NCBI GenBank assembly: GCA_002269645.1
Contig: NIVC01002048.1
Coordinates: 1 to 64,000 of the forward strand
Direction: 5' to 3'
DNA length: 64,000 bases
From: Macrostomum lignano
Taxonomy: Eukaryota
This document shows, piece by piece, positions 1 to 12,291 of this stretch. A program made the translations under genes and the position numbers. The notes below the pieces were generated by a model that was given only the letters and a program-made list of their open reading frames with translations, made no database searches and was not told the origin of the DNA. How positions within the stretch are numbered: position 1 is the stretch's first letter; each line of letters starts with the position of its first letter.

Positions 1-469
1 CTTTTTTGCATTGGGACGGCGGATGCGGGTCGACTGATATCTTCTTGCTCCCGTTGATCACCCAGCCTCTCTCTCCTTCATCCATGGCATGGGGTTAGGG
101 AGCTGGGGTTGGTTTATGCGCCAGCGATAATCTGAGATATTGGGGATTGAATTCAGTTAAATTTGTAAATAAATGTTTATTAGGCTTTGTGATTTTACAC
201 TTTCGAGCGGTATTTATCTCCTGAGTGCATCGAATAGAATTGGTTTGCTTGTGGAATCGAAATCGTTTTTATACTACTAATAGAAGCGATCAGTAGTTTG
301 AGCGCGTTTTAAAACTGTTTTAAACTATAAATAATTAATTATAGTGATTATAATTGTAAAACTGCAATAGAAAATTATATAGAAAATACAAGTTTTGATC
401 ATGAATTCTTTTGACAAATTTAGAACTTCGATCAATCAGCCATGAAAATATTGATCAATCAGTTATACG

Positions 470-780
470 TAAATATCGAATGGATATCGATAAATAATAT
501 ACCAATATCGATCGATAAGATATGGGTATCGATCAATAATATATAAATATCGATCGATAAGATATGAATATCGATCAATCAGATATAAATATCGATCGAT
601 AAGATATGGGTATCAATCAATCAGATATAAATATCGATCGATAAGATATGGGTATCAATCAATCAGATATGAATATCGATCGATAAGATATGGGTATCAA
701 TCAATCAGATATGAATTCGATCGATAAGATATGGGTATCAATCAATCAGATATGAATATCGATCGAAAAGATACGAATAT
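470..780. repeat. About 42-bp AT-rich tandem repeat
   Basis: Unit AAGATATGGGTATCAATCAATCAGATATAAATATCGATCGAT. Confidence 0.85.
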
Positions 781-799
781 TGACCAATTAACGCTCAAG

Positions 800-1084
800 C
801 TCGACTTCGCGAACTGGAGAAAAAATCTGAGCTGCAGTCGCTGCGCCACGAGGAGCTGATGCTGGAGCTTGAGGCGTCCAAGAAAAAGCAGAAATACGAA
901 CAGCTGAGACACCTGGCATCCACTGCCGACCGAGTCTCCGAAGGCGGCAGCGTATCGGATGCTCTTCTAGGAGCAGACTTGGAGATTAACGATGGGAACT
1001 CTGCTGCGAGCGGGCTTGGCGTTGCTGCATCTGCCAGTGCCGGCGGCAGCAGAGCTTCTTCTTCAAGACATGCCGTGCCGAATA
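800..1084 (+). CDS. RIMBP2: RIM-BP exon, N-terminal coiled coil
   Basis: Reads ARLRELEKKSELQSLRHEELMLELEASKKK, resembling the RIM-BP coiled coil. AG at 798-799, consensus donor GTGAGT at 1085, phase 1. Confidence 0.7.
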
Positions 1085-3077
1085 GTGAGTGCCCGAGCGT
1101 TGTTGCTCCTTTGAGGCAGGAAGAAACTCTGAAATGAATCTGACGGGATGAGAGGGAAAGGAGTGAGAGGGAGAGGGGTGAGAGGGAGAGTGTTGAGCGG
1201 GAGAGGGGTGAGATGCGAGTGGGATGAGAGGAAGAAGGGTGAGATGCGAGTGGGATGAGAGGAAGAAGGGTGAGATGCGAGTGGGATGAGAGGAAGAGGG
1301 TTGAGATGCGAGTGAGATGAGAGGAAGAGGGTTGAGATGCGAGTGGGATGAGAGGAAGAGGGTTGAGATGCGAGTGGGATGAGAGGAAGAGGGTTGAGAT
1401 GCGAGTGGGATGAGAGGAAGAGGGTTGAGATGCGAGTAGGATGAGAGGAAGAAGGGTGAGATGCGAGTGGGATGAGAGGAAGAGGGTTGAGATGCGAGTG
1501 GGAGGAGAGGAAGAGGGGTGAGATGCGAGTGGGATGAGAGGATGAGGGTTGAGATGCGAGTGGGATGAGAGGAAGAGGGTTGAGATGCGAGTGGGATGAG
1601 AGGAAGAGGGTTGAGATGCGAGTGGGATGAGAGGAAGAGGGTTGAGATGCGAGTGGGATGAGAGGAAGAGGGTTGAGATGCGAGTAGGATGAGAGGAAGA
1701 AGGGTGAGATGCGAGTGGGATGAGAGGAAGAGGGTTGAGATGCGAGTGGAGGAGAGGAAGAGGGTTGAGATGCGAGTGGGATGAGAGGATGAGGGTTGAG
1801 ATGCGAGTGGGATGAGAGAAAGAGGGTTGAGATGCGAGTGGGAGGAGAGGAAGAGGGTGAGATGCGAGTGGGATGAGAGGAAGAGGGTTGAGATGCGAGT
1901 GGGATGAGAGGAAGAGGGTTGAGATGCGAGTGGGATGAGAGGAAGAGGGTTGAGATGCGAGTGGGATGAGAGGAAGAGGGTTGAGATGCGAGTGGGATGA
2001 GAGGAAGAGGGTTGAGATGCGAGTGGATGAGAGGAAGAGGAGTGAGATGCGAGTGGGATGAGAGGAAGAGGAGTGAGATGCGAGTGGGATGAGAGGAAGA
2101 GGGGTGAGATGCGATGAAGTGAGAGGGAGTGATATGGTAGAGGTGAGTGGTAGCGATGAGATGGAAAGGAAACGAAGGTGAATATACAGGAGAGTGAGGG
2201 AGAGAGCGACAGGGCGAGTGAAAGGGTGGGGAATCCTTTCTCGGTTACCTTGGCGATCGGCAAAGAGCTCGGAACTGAGACTGCAGTATGTGAGAAAATT
2301 TTGCAAATAAATCACAATCTTTGTACGAGCTATAATAAGATAGACTAGGCAGTAGGGTACGCTTTTCTTGATCTGTAGCATTTATCTTGATCTGAATTAG
2401 AGCTCTTCAGCCAGATTGGTACAGCTCCTCTGCTCCTAGCCTTGCCTTTTGCTTTCAGGCATTTTCGAGCTTTAGTATTGGTTTCTATTCTGCATAGCCC
2501 ATGACAAATTCTATCTTCTTTATTCCATTAGTAAGCTAACTTGTATGTAGGAAATCTCATTAGGAAGCTCCAATCTTAGCGTTTAATTGCGGGAAACCTA
2601 CTTTGGAATTCCCTCTGGGAAATCCCGTCGGAATTCCCATTGGGAAACTATTGCGGGAAACCCACTTCGGAGTTCTCTCTGGGAAACCCCATTTTACAAA
2701 TCTCTTTGGGAAACCCAAATTAGGGATTCCCTTTGGGAAACCCCATTTCGGAAATCTGGCTTTCTTTTAAAAAAGCTTTATTAAGAATTCCACTATTGCA
2801 CCTAACTAAATTGAATACATGTTCAAAGCCTGTTTTGTCCGGCTCACTTTTGAGGATTAAATCTTAATAATGTTTGACTAGGATCGTGGGATCAATCTCT
2901 AAAATAGCACATTTTTGTTATAATTATAAATAATACTAGCTTGCATGCTAAATATTGCATGTGGTTCCTTATTTCAACTATCCTGTCCCGACTTATTTGA
3001 GCAGGAGAATATCTTCCACACACAGTCGGAGGGGACACTGCTCCACCACACAGTCAGTACATGCCTCAGAAGCAGCT

Positions 3078-3110
<33 letters not shown>

Positions 3111-6100
3111 ACAACAACAGCAGCAGCAGCAGGTCTCCGCGATTTCTGCATCAGGCTCAGTCAAGGACAGACAGCCAACTCAGCAGAAATTTCGACGTCA
3201 ACCTTCGGGACAGGAAGAACATGTGTGCCTTCTGCTCTTTTACTCTTTTACTCTAGCTTTGATTTGATTTTTGAACAATAACCGATAGATTAAAAGCCAG
3301 CCAATCAGCGAGCGCACAAGGGTTAGAAGGAGAATCGATAATCTCAAAGCCAGCCAATCAGCGAGCGCACACGGGTTAGAAGGAAAATTGATACTCTCAA
3401 AGCCAGCCAATCAGCGAGCGCACACGGGTTAGAAGGAAAATCGATACTCTCAAAGCCAGCCAATCAGCGAGCGCACACGGGTTAGAAGGAGAATCGATAA
3501 TCTCAAAGCCAGCCAATCAGCGAGCGCACACGGGTTAGAAGGAAAATCGATACTCTCAAAGCCAGCCAAGCAGCGAGCGCACACGGGTTAGAAGGAAAAT
3601 TGATACTCTCAAAGCCAGCCAATCAGCGAGCGCACACGGGTTAGAAGGAAAATCGATAATCTCAAAGCCAGCCAAGCAGCGAGCGCACACGGGTTAGAAG
3701 GAAAATTGATACTCTCAAAGCCAGCCAATCAGCGAGCGCACACGGGTTAGAAGGAAAATCGATACTCTCAAAGCCAGCCAATCAGAGAGCGCACACGGGT
3801 TAGAAGGAAAATCGATACTCTCAAAGCCAGCCAATCAGAGAGCGCACAAGGATTAGAAGGAAAATCGATTAATTTCAAAACTAGTTACTCATTGAGTGCA
3901 TCACTTGAACTTGCCAGGCTAAGAGCGGTTTTGCTTATACCGAATTGTCCGACGGTCATCATGGCTACATACCGTCAAACTACTCGGAACCGTCAGGCAA
4001 GCCAACTCTCAATCAAGGTAAAAAACTCAATGCTAGAATTTGCTTCATAGTTTCTTAGAAATATTGGCAAATTTTGCCAGTATTAAATTTTTTTACTTGG
4101 AGCAGCAAACCAGCAGAGCGGAAAGGCTGGCAAAGAGGAAATGAGAAGACAGAGAGAGAGAAGGGCCTGCATCCCTCATATGCCCGTCATTATCCTTATC
4201 CTGCTTCCCATGTGCCTGACAACCTGATGCAGAAGAGACAGAGAGTCTGCAAGCTCCTCTGCGAATCTTCGCTACCCTCTCAGGCCAGCCGCTATAATCA
4301 TAATTAAATAATTACATCCAGCTGCCCGGATACGAGGGGAGTAAAATTACGTGAACTGTGCGCGCCTCCTTACAGATGTTTATTGAATTATCGAAGCTGG
4401 ACTGCTGGATACTGGGACTAGCTGCTGCATAAGGCTATAAGTTTTGCACCGCATTGCTTCCCAATCTGCTGCTAGACTCATTTCATCTAACCAGTTTTTC
4501 GAGCCCACTGCATGCGCATTTTTTCTTAGAGAAAATTATCAAAGAAAAGCTAATTCAACAATTTCCTGTCTTACCGGTTATGCAAGATCACACCTGATCA
4601 CACCTGATCACACCTGATCACACCTGATCACACCTGATCCCACCTGATCGCACCTGATCACACCTGATCGCACCTGATCACACCTGATCACACCTGATCG
4701 CACCTGACCACACCTAATCACACTTGATCACACCTGATCGCACCTGATCACACCTGATCACACCTGATCACACCTGATCACACCTGATCACACCTGATCA
4801 CACCTGATCCCACCTGATCACACCTGATCACATCCGATCACATCTGATCCCATCTGATCACACCTGATCACATCCGATCACACCTGATCCCATCTGATCA
4901 CACCTGATCACATCCGATTACACCTGATCCCACCTGATCCCACCTGATCACACCTGATCACATCCGATTACACCTGATCCCACCTGATCACACCTGATTA
5001 CACCTGATCACACTTGATCACACCCGATCACACCTGATCCCACCTGATCACACCTGATCACACCTGATCACATCCGATCACACCTTATCACACCCGATCA
5101 CACCTGATCACATCCGATCACACCTGATCACACCTGATCGCACCTGATCACACCTGATCACACCTGATCCCACCTGATCACACCTGATCACACCTGATCA
5201 CACTTGATCACACCTGATTACACCTGATCACACTTGATCACACCTGATCACTCTTAACCACACCTGATCCCACCTGATCACACCTGATCACATCCGATCA
5301 CACCTGATCCCACCTGATCACACCTGATCACACCTGATCACATCCGATCACACCTGATCACACCTGATCACATCCGATCACATCTGATCCCATCTGATCA
5401 CACCTGATCACATCCGATCACACCTGATCCCATCTGATCACACCTGATCACATCCGATTACACCTGATCCCACCTGATCCCACCTGATCACACCTGATCC
5501 CATCCGATTACACCTGATCCCACCTGATCACACCTGATCACACTTGATCACACCTGATTACACCTGATCACACTTGATCACACCTGATCACACCTGATCA
5601 CTCTTGACCACACCTGATCCCACCTGATCACACCTGATCACATCCGATCACACCTGATCCCACCTGATCACACCTGATCACACCTGATCACATCCGATCA
5701 CACCTGATCAAACCTGATCACATCCGATCACACCTGATCCCACCTGATCACATCTGATTACACCCGATCAGATCTGATCACTACCTATCACTATCGATCA
5801 CACCAGGCTAATTTTGACTCCCCTGCTGACCCCCCCCCCCACGGCAGCATCCGCTGTCGCCTCGCAGGCCAGGCGCCCGCCGCTCGTGCTAGACGAAGAG
5901 CTGGCCCGCGCCGACGCAACAGCCGATGCGACTGAGACCGGCGTGCCACTGGCGCCGCCGCGCCAGCTCACCGTGGAGCGCCAGCTGGCCAACTCGGTGC
6001 TGATTGGCTGGCTGCCTCCTGTTGGCACGCAGCCGGCGGCCTACCGCGTCTACGTTGATGGCCAATTTTTTTTCTCTGTCCGCGCCGTCGACAAGACCAA

Positions 6101-9100
6101 GGCGCTGATTGAGGGCGCCGATTCTAGGCAGCGCCACCGGATCTGCGTGCGCGCCGTGGCGTCGGATGGCGCGGCTTCGTCGCGCGACCTGGCGTGCACC
6201 CTGGTAACTGGGGCGAGCTCGGAAACCAGCCTGGCGCCCACCTACTTGCAGGTGTGTAAACTATTCCTATATCTGACTGACTGACTGACTGACTGACTGA
6301 CTGACTGACTGACTGACTGACTGACTGACTGACTGACTGACTGACTGACTGACTGACTGACTGACTGACTGACTGACTGACTGACTGACTGACTGACTGA
6401 CTGACTGACTGACTGACTGACTGACTGACTGACTGACTGACTGACTGACTGACTGACTGACTGACTGACTGACTGACTGACTGACTGACTGACTGACTGA
6501 CTGACTGACTGACTGACTGACTGACTGACTGACTGACTGACTGACTGACTGACTGACTGACTGACTGACTGACTGACTGACTGACTGACTGACTGACTGA
6601 CTGACTGACTGACTGACTGACTGACTGACTGACTGACTGACTGACTGACTGACTGACTGACTGACTGACTGACTGACTGACTGACTGACTGACTGACTGA
6701 CTGACTGACTGACTGACTGACTGACTGACTGACTGACTGACTGACTGACTGACTGACTGACTGACTGACTGACTGACTGACTGACTGACTGACTGACTGA
6801 CTGACTGACTGACTGACTGACTGACTGACTGACTGACTGACTGACTGACTGACTGACTGACTGACTGACTGACTGACTGACTGACTGACTGACTGACTGA
6901 CTGACTGACTGACTGACTGACTGACTGACTGACTGACTGACTGACTGACTGACTGACTGACTGACTGACTGACTGACTGACTGACTGACTGACTGACTGA
7001 CTGACTGACTGACTGACTGACTGACTGACTGACTGACTGACTGACTGACTGACTGACTGACTGACTGACTGACTGACTGACTGACTGACTGACTGACTGA
7101 CTGACTGACTGACTGACTGACTGACTGACTGACTGACTGACTGACTGACTGACTGACTGACTGACTGACTGACTGACTGACTGACTGACTGACTGACTGA
7201 CTGACTGACTGACTGACTGACTGACTGACTGACTGACTGACTGACTGACTGACTGACTGACTGACTGACTGACTGACTGACTGACTGACTGACTGACTGA
7301 CTGATGACTGACTTAAGTGAGTGGGTGACTGACTGACACCAGCCCTCATCTCCGAGTTTAACAGGTGAGCCACGTGACCCACGCCTCCGCTAAGCTGCTC
7401 TTCGTGCCGGCCTCATCGTCGCTCGGCCACGTCGTGCTGCTCAACAATCGCGAGCACTCGCAGTGCCCGCCAGGCGTCTACAAGCTGCAGCTGGCCGGCC
7501 TGGCGGCTGACGCGCCCTACAGAGTCTGCGTCCGCGCCCGGGCCGCCGTCGCCTCCTCAACAGCCGCTGCCTCGGCGTTGCTCTCCGCCTCGCTGGACTT
7601 TCGCACCGGGTCGCGCGGCCGCCCCGACCCGCCGATGGACGTCACCGCCGAGCCCGGGCCGCAGGACGGCTCGCTGCTGCTCACCTGGCTGCCAGTCGGA
7701 CGTCGGCGCGTCGACACAGCGTCCGGCTTCCCGGAGTCGAACGGGTGCCGCGTCACGGGCTATGCGGTGTACGCCGACTGCAGGCACCGGGTCACCGAGT
7801 GCCTGGACGCCAACTCCGACCACTGCCTGCTGGCCAGCAGCTCGCTGCCGCCCGGATGCACCAAGCTGACGGTCCGGACAGTTGGCCAGGCAGCGGACGG
7901 GTCCGGCCGGACAGTGGAAAGCGCCGACTCGGAGCCGCACTGCGAACTGGTGCGTGGACACTCAAAACCATTGGGTGAACTGTTCTCTCAGAAGTGCAGG
8001 CAATCGAACTTGCTCCACAGGGCAGTGAAAACTCAATAGCACCTGGTTATAGCTGCTCTGTTGGGATGCTGGAGGTCAAATTATTACTAAATTGTTAAAC
8101 CGCAGACAGTCTAGAGAGCTGCAGACAGTCTAGACAGCTGCAGACACAGTCTAGACAGCTGCAGACACAGTCTAGACAGCTGCAGACACAGTCTAGACAG
8201 CTGCAGACACAGTCTAGACAGCTGCAGACACAGTATAGAGAGCTGCAGGCACAGTCTAGACAGCTGCAGACACAGTCTAGACAGCTGCAGACACAGTCTA
8301 GACAGCTGCAGACACAGCAACGCAGCGCACGCAAGTATGCAAGTTCGCACGAGCAGCCGGTTTTGGTTTTTTCGGTGTTTCAGCATGTCAGTTGCGTAGA
8401 TTTTAGGCAATACACACACTCAGCATAGTATAAGTGCACTTGCACTTGCCGAAGACAAAGTCTAGCTTCGAGGTCGTGCGCACCACCGGCATTAACAGTT
8501 TTTACGCCACAAGCTTCGTAATTAGAAGAACGGAACTTGGTTTAATACGATTTAATATATCGTACGACACGAAACTATAGACACTCCGCAAGTGTAGCCA
8601 ATGCGCTTCTTACACTACTTAATCTAAGTATCAGTAGCGTGCATAGTCTTCTTTATAACACACGGAAAATCTCCACTATAGTCGCCGCATTTCCGGTGTC
8701 GGACTGGCACTAGCGGGCCGACACGACGATGTCTGCAGACGGCGCTGCCTTCGAAATTGTCGATGGATACGTCGCGACGTTGGTTGCAGCGCGCTGAGCG
8801 CAGCGACAGCGTCACGGACAGCCCTTGGTGGCCGTTCAGTGTGACTCCAAAGTCCTGCTGGGTAACCTTACTACGTTGTCAAGGCGCACAGTATATTAGC
8901 TATTCATTAGGATCTGTGTTCCCTGTGTATACAGCTTTGCAGCTGCGACCGTTTGCTGTTGTGCCCGATGGAATATTCAATTCACAATTCGAATTTTAAA
9001 GTTATCTACTATTAGTAGTGAGAATCCAGCGAAAAATCGGGTGTACAACTGTACATAGGGATTAAAAGAGTAGATGAGGATTGTGATGCAGGGAAGTGGG

Positions 9101-12100
9101 AGACGGTTTAGATATTCAGGGAAGTGAATCAGAATGCGGATACAGTGTATGAGGATGTAGATTCAGAGGGTGAAGATGTAGATTTAGAGGGTGAGGATGT
9201 AGATTTAAAGAATGAGGATGTAGATTCAGATTATGAGGATGTAGATTTCGATTATGAGGATGTAGATTCCGATTATGAGGATGTAGATTCAGAGGATGAG
9301 GATGTAGATTCAGAGGATGAGGATGTAGATTCAGAGGATGAGGATGTAGATTTCGATTATGAGGATGTAGATTCCGATTATGAGGATGTAGCTTCAGAGG
9401 ATGAGGATGTAGATTCAGAGGATGAGGATGTAGATTTCGATTATGAGGATGTAGATTCAGTGAATGAGGATGTAGATTCAGTGAATGAGGATGTAGATTC
9501 AGTGAATGAGGATGTAGATTCAGTGAATGAGGATGTAGATTCAGTGAATGAGGATGTAGATTCAGTGAATGAGGATGTAGATTCAGTGAATGAGGATGTT
9601 GATTCAGTGAATGAGGATGTAGATTCAGTGGGTGAGGATGTAGATTCAGTGCATGAGGATGTAGATTCAGTGAATGAGGATGTAGATTCAGTGGGTGAGG
9701 ATGTATAGATTCAGTGAATGGGGATGTAGATTCAGTAGGTGAGGATGTATAGATTCAGTGAATCGGGATGCAGATTCAGTGAATGAGGATGTAGATTCAG
9801 TAGGTGAGGATGTATAGATTCAGTGAATGGGGATGCAGATTCAGTAGGTGAGGATGTATAGATTCAGTGAATGGGGATGTAGATTCAGTAGGTGAGGATG
9901 TATAGATTCAGTGAATCGGGATGCAGATTTAGTGAATGAGGATGTAGATTCAGTAGGTGAGGATGTATAGATTCAGTGAATCGGGATGCAGATTCAGTAG
10001 GTGAGGATGTATAGATTCAGTGAATCGGGATGTAGATTCAGTAGGTGAGGATGTATAGATTCAGTGAATGAGGATGTAGATTCAGTAGGTGAGGATGTAT
10101 AGATTCAGTGAATCGGGATGCAGATTCAGTAGGTGAGGATGTATAGATTCAGTGAATCGGGATGTAGATTCAGTAGGTGAGGATGTATAGATTCAGTGAA
10201 TGAGGATGTAGATTCAGTAGGTGAGGATGTATAGATTCAGTGAATCGGGATGCAGATTCAGTAGGTGAGGATGTATAGATTCAGTGAATCGGGATGTAGA
10301 TTCAGTAGGTGAGGATGTATAGATTCAGTGAATGAGGATGTAGATTCAGTAGGTGAGAATGTATAGATTCAGTGAATCGGGATGTAGATTCAGTGAATGA
10401 GGATGTAGATTCAGTGAATGGGGATGTAGATTCAGTGGATGAGGATGTAGATTCAGAGGGTGAGAATGTAGATTCAGAGGGTGAGAATGTAGATCCAGAC
10501 AGTGGGTTTCTGCAGCATTTAAGCAAATACTCAATGAATGCATCAACATCACAGCCGTCCATCGTTAAAAAAATATGTCAGCAAAATTTTACATATACTG
10601 ATACCATATAGCCCACGCAAAGATATCACAATCATAGGTGGCTTGCAAATTGTACATTTGCTGTCAAGTAAAGCTGCTTTGCCTTCTGCTGCGCATTTAT
10701 TTTACGTTATATTCTAGTAAACCTTACTGCCATAGCGGCACTGTCGTAATTTTATAGTTATTTATTCTGTCTGTTGCTCATTCATATCAGTCAGTGGCTA
10801 CTATAAGTAGTATATTACAATCTTCAGGCCGGCAAGATTTCTGTCGAGAGCGCGCGAAAACGACTGACTAGAAATCCTTCAGCACCAGAGACCGCTACTA
10901 TTCGTAAGTTGGGTCGAACAATTCCTGTCCTCAATGTACATATCGTTATGTACGTACTATTACGTACGTACAATTTATGTACGAAACTTTTTTGCTTTCT
11001 ACTGCTCATTAGTAGTGTAAAACTCAAATGCACTTCACTATTTGCTTACAGGCGACTCGGAGAGCGAATACGATGACGAATACCTGTCTGGCCAGCAGCG
11101 GGGTTTTCCTCAGCGGAGCTCCAACAATCATCGGCAGCAGAGAGTCAACGTCGGCGACAACACGGCGCCAACTCCGCCACCGCGTCCAGCCGTACACCGT
11201 CCGAATCTGGCGGCGACGACGACAACGACGGCCATGACGACGGTGAGAGCGTCTACTGGCAGCGGCGATGGTGCGCGCATCTTTGTGGCGCTGTTCGACT
11301 ACGATCCGGCCGTTATGAGCCCGAATCCTGACGCTGCCGCCGTGGAGTTGGCGTTCAAAGAGGGCCAGCTGATAAAGGTGAGCGTCCCGTTGACGATCGG
11401 TATAACATGAAGTCTCAAACTTGAAATATCTCACTGCTAAAAATCCTTTTTGTCTAATGCTAGTAGCGTTAAGCTTCATGAGACCCAGATGTTAATTATA
11501 TTTATAACTTGTTACTGCCCATTCCACCGACTCCCCTGAGCAGGCACACAAGCGCGCGGATATGTACGCAGTCATACGCACAGGCACACACTCACACAGG
11601 AGTGCACAGCGGCCCTAACTTTATTTATCGTTAGGCATGTACACTTCACTGTGCCTTGGGGTTGGACCTCAAGCTGGGCGTTAATTGCACGAGCAGAGCC
11701 AAGCCGAGATTCCAATTTAAGCCCCAAATTCAATGGCAATGGCAGCTCGGCGATGTAACTATTCATCTCCAGTGTTCCCTAGCTAAGTCTAATTATTTCA
11801 GCACAAAATGGCTTAGTTCAAGTGAAGTGCCTGCTTTCCGAGTTGACAAGAGTCGGCAATCGCCAGCCCTGCAATCTGCTCTGCATCTTTTCATCCTAAA
11901 CCAACCCCCTCCCCCCGCAGGTGTGGGGCAGCCGGGACTCGGACGGCTTCTACAGAGGCGAGTGCAACAGTCGGATCGGCCTGATCCCCGGCAACATGAT
12001 CAGCGAGGTGCACATGGAAGCCGCTAGCGGACGCCTCGGCAGCGTTGGCAGCACCAAACCGGCTGACGGTCGAACCCGCATGGTGGCCCTGTACGACTAC

Positions 12101-12274
12101 GATCCGAAGACGCTGAGTCCGAACGCTGACGCTGATGTCGAGTTGTCATTCAACGCTGGCGACGTTGTCCTGCCGCTGGGCCCAGTCGACGAGGACGGCT
12201 TCCTGCTGGGCGAGCTGGAGCGCGACGGCTCGCAGGGCCTGGTGCCCAGCAACTTCCTCCAGCTGATGGTCTGA
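800..12274 (+). CDS. RIMBP2: RIMS-binding protein (RIM-BP) gene, multi-exon, 5' end probably outside the window or unresolved
   Basis: Proposed exons 800-1084, 3005-3222, 3918-4017, 5848-6251, 7365-7949, (one frame-bridging exon unresolved), 11052-11377, 11921-12274. Domain order coiled coil / SH3 / three FN3 / SH3 / SH3 is diagnostic of RIM-BP. Both C-terminal SH3 domains carry the RIM-BP-type insert (ALFDYDP..MSPNPDA, ALYDYDP..LSPNADA). Confidence 0.9.
1145..2120. repeat. 31-bp purine-rich minisatellite (RIM-BP intron)
   Basis: Unit GAGATGCGAGTGGGATGAGAGGAAGAGGGTT; explains ORFs 795..2381 and 986..2263. Confidence 0.95.
3005..3222 (+). CDS. RIMBP2: RIM-BP candidate exon, poly-Gln low-complexity linker
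   Basis: AG at 3003-3004 is phase 1 (matches the upstream donor). Open frame with a mixed CAG/CAA poly-Q tract. Weak donor GTGTGC at 3223 is phase 0 (matches the next acceptor). Confidence 0.45.
3295..3870. repeat. 53-bp minisatellite with a CCAAT box (RIM-BP intron)
   Basis: Unit CTCAAAGCCAGCCAATCAGCGAGCGCACACGGGTTAGAAGGAAAATCGATACT, about 11 copies. Confidence 0.95.
3918..4017 (+). CDS. RIMBP2: RIM-BP exon, C-terminal half of first SH3 domain (not in ORF track)
   Basis: TTGCCAG acceptor; translation AKSGFAYTELSDGHHGYIPSNYSEP contains the SH3 G(L/Y)IPSNY motif; donor AG|GTAAAA at 4018, phase 1. Confidence 0.65.
4585..5800. repeat. 10-bp minisatellite (RIM-BP intron)
   Basis: (CACCTGATCA)n with point variants. 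Confidence 0.95.
5848..6251 (+). CDS. RIMBP2: RIM-BP exon, first FN3 domain
   Basis: CTGAC branch motif, C-tract and CAG at 5845-5847 (phase 1). Encodes LAPPRQLTVERQLANSVLIGWLPP...YRVYVDG. Donor CAG|GTGTGT at 6252. Confidence 0.85.
6273..7304. repeat. Perfect (CTGA)n microsatellite, about 258 units, filling a RIM-BP intron
   Basis: Uninterrupted tetranucleotide run; explains ORF 6267..7382 (SVSQ)n. Confidence 0.98.
7365..7949 (+). CDS. RIMBP2: RIM-BP exon, FN3 domains 2 and 3
   Basis: In frame with the previous exon across the (CTGA)n intron. Encodes PDPPMDVTAEPGPQDGSLLLTWLPV...SNGCRVTGYAVY. Donor CTG|GTGCGT at 7950; the exact end is uncertain. Confidence 0.88.
8100..8315. repeat. 21-bp minisatellite
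   Basis: Unit AGACAGCTGCAGACACAGTCT. Confidence 0.92.
9150..10495. repeat. 21-bp minisatellite switching to a 44-bp dimer
   Basis: GAGGATGTAGATTCAGTGAAT; from about 9700 a dimeric unit with extra TA. Confidence 0.95.
11052..11377 (+). CDS. RIMBP2: RIM-BP exon, N-terminal half of second SH3
   Basis: TTTGCTTACAG acceptor; RIFVALFDYDPAVMSPNPDAAAVELAFKEGQLIK; donor AAG|GTGAGC at 11378. Confidence 0.9.
11533..11655 (-). mobile_element. Dispersed short repeat family copy (in RIM-BP intron)
   Basis: Reverse complement aligns by eye to 19965-20080. Confidence 0.6.
11921..12274 (+). CDS. RIMBP2: RIM-BP terminal exon, end of SH3-2 plus SH3-3
   Basis: CCCCCGCAG acceptor; VWGSRDSDGFYRGE...GLIPGNMI and RMVALYDYDP...GLVPSNFL; TGA at 12272-12274. 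Confidence 0.92.
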   Translation: MWGSRDSDGFYRGECNSRIGLIPGNMISEVHMEAASGRLGSVGSTKPADGRTRMVALYDYDPKTLSPNADADVELSFNAGDVVLPLGPVDEDGFLLGELERDGSQGLVPSNFLQLMV

Positions 12275-12291
12275 CGAACTGGCGAGCGACT

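Noticed and set aside
795-2381. 528-aa and 425-aa minus-strand ORFs
   Set aside because: Antisense of the 31-bp minisatellite and of a RIM-BP exon.
4100-4310. Possible 3' end of a LINE ORF2 (basic, Cys-containing)
   Set aside because: Needs several frameshifts and stops and no diagnostic motif is complete.
6267-7382. 371-aa (SVSQ)n ORF
   Set aside because: Antisense reading of intronic (CTGA)n.
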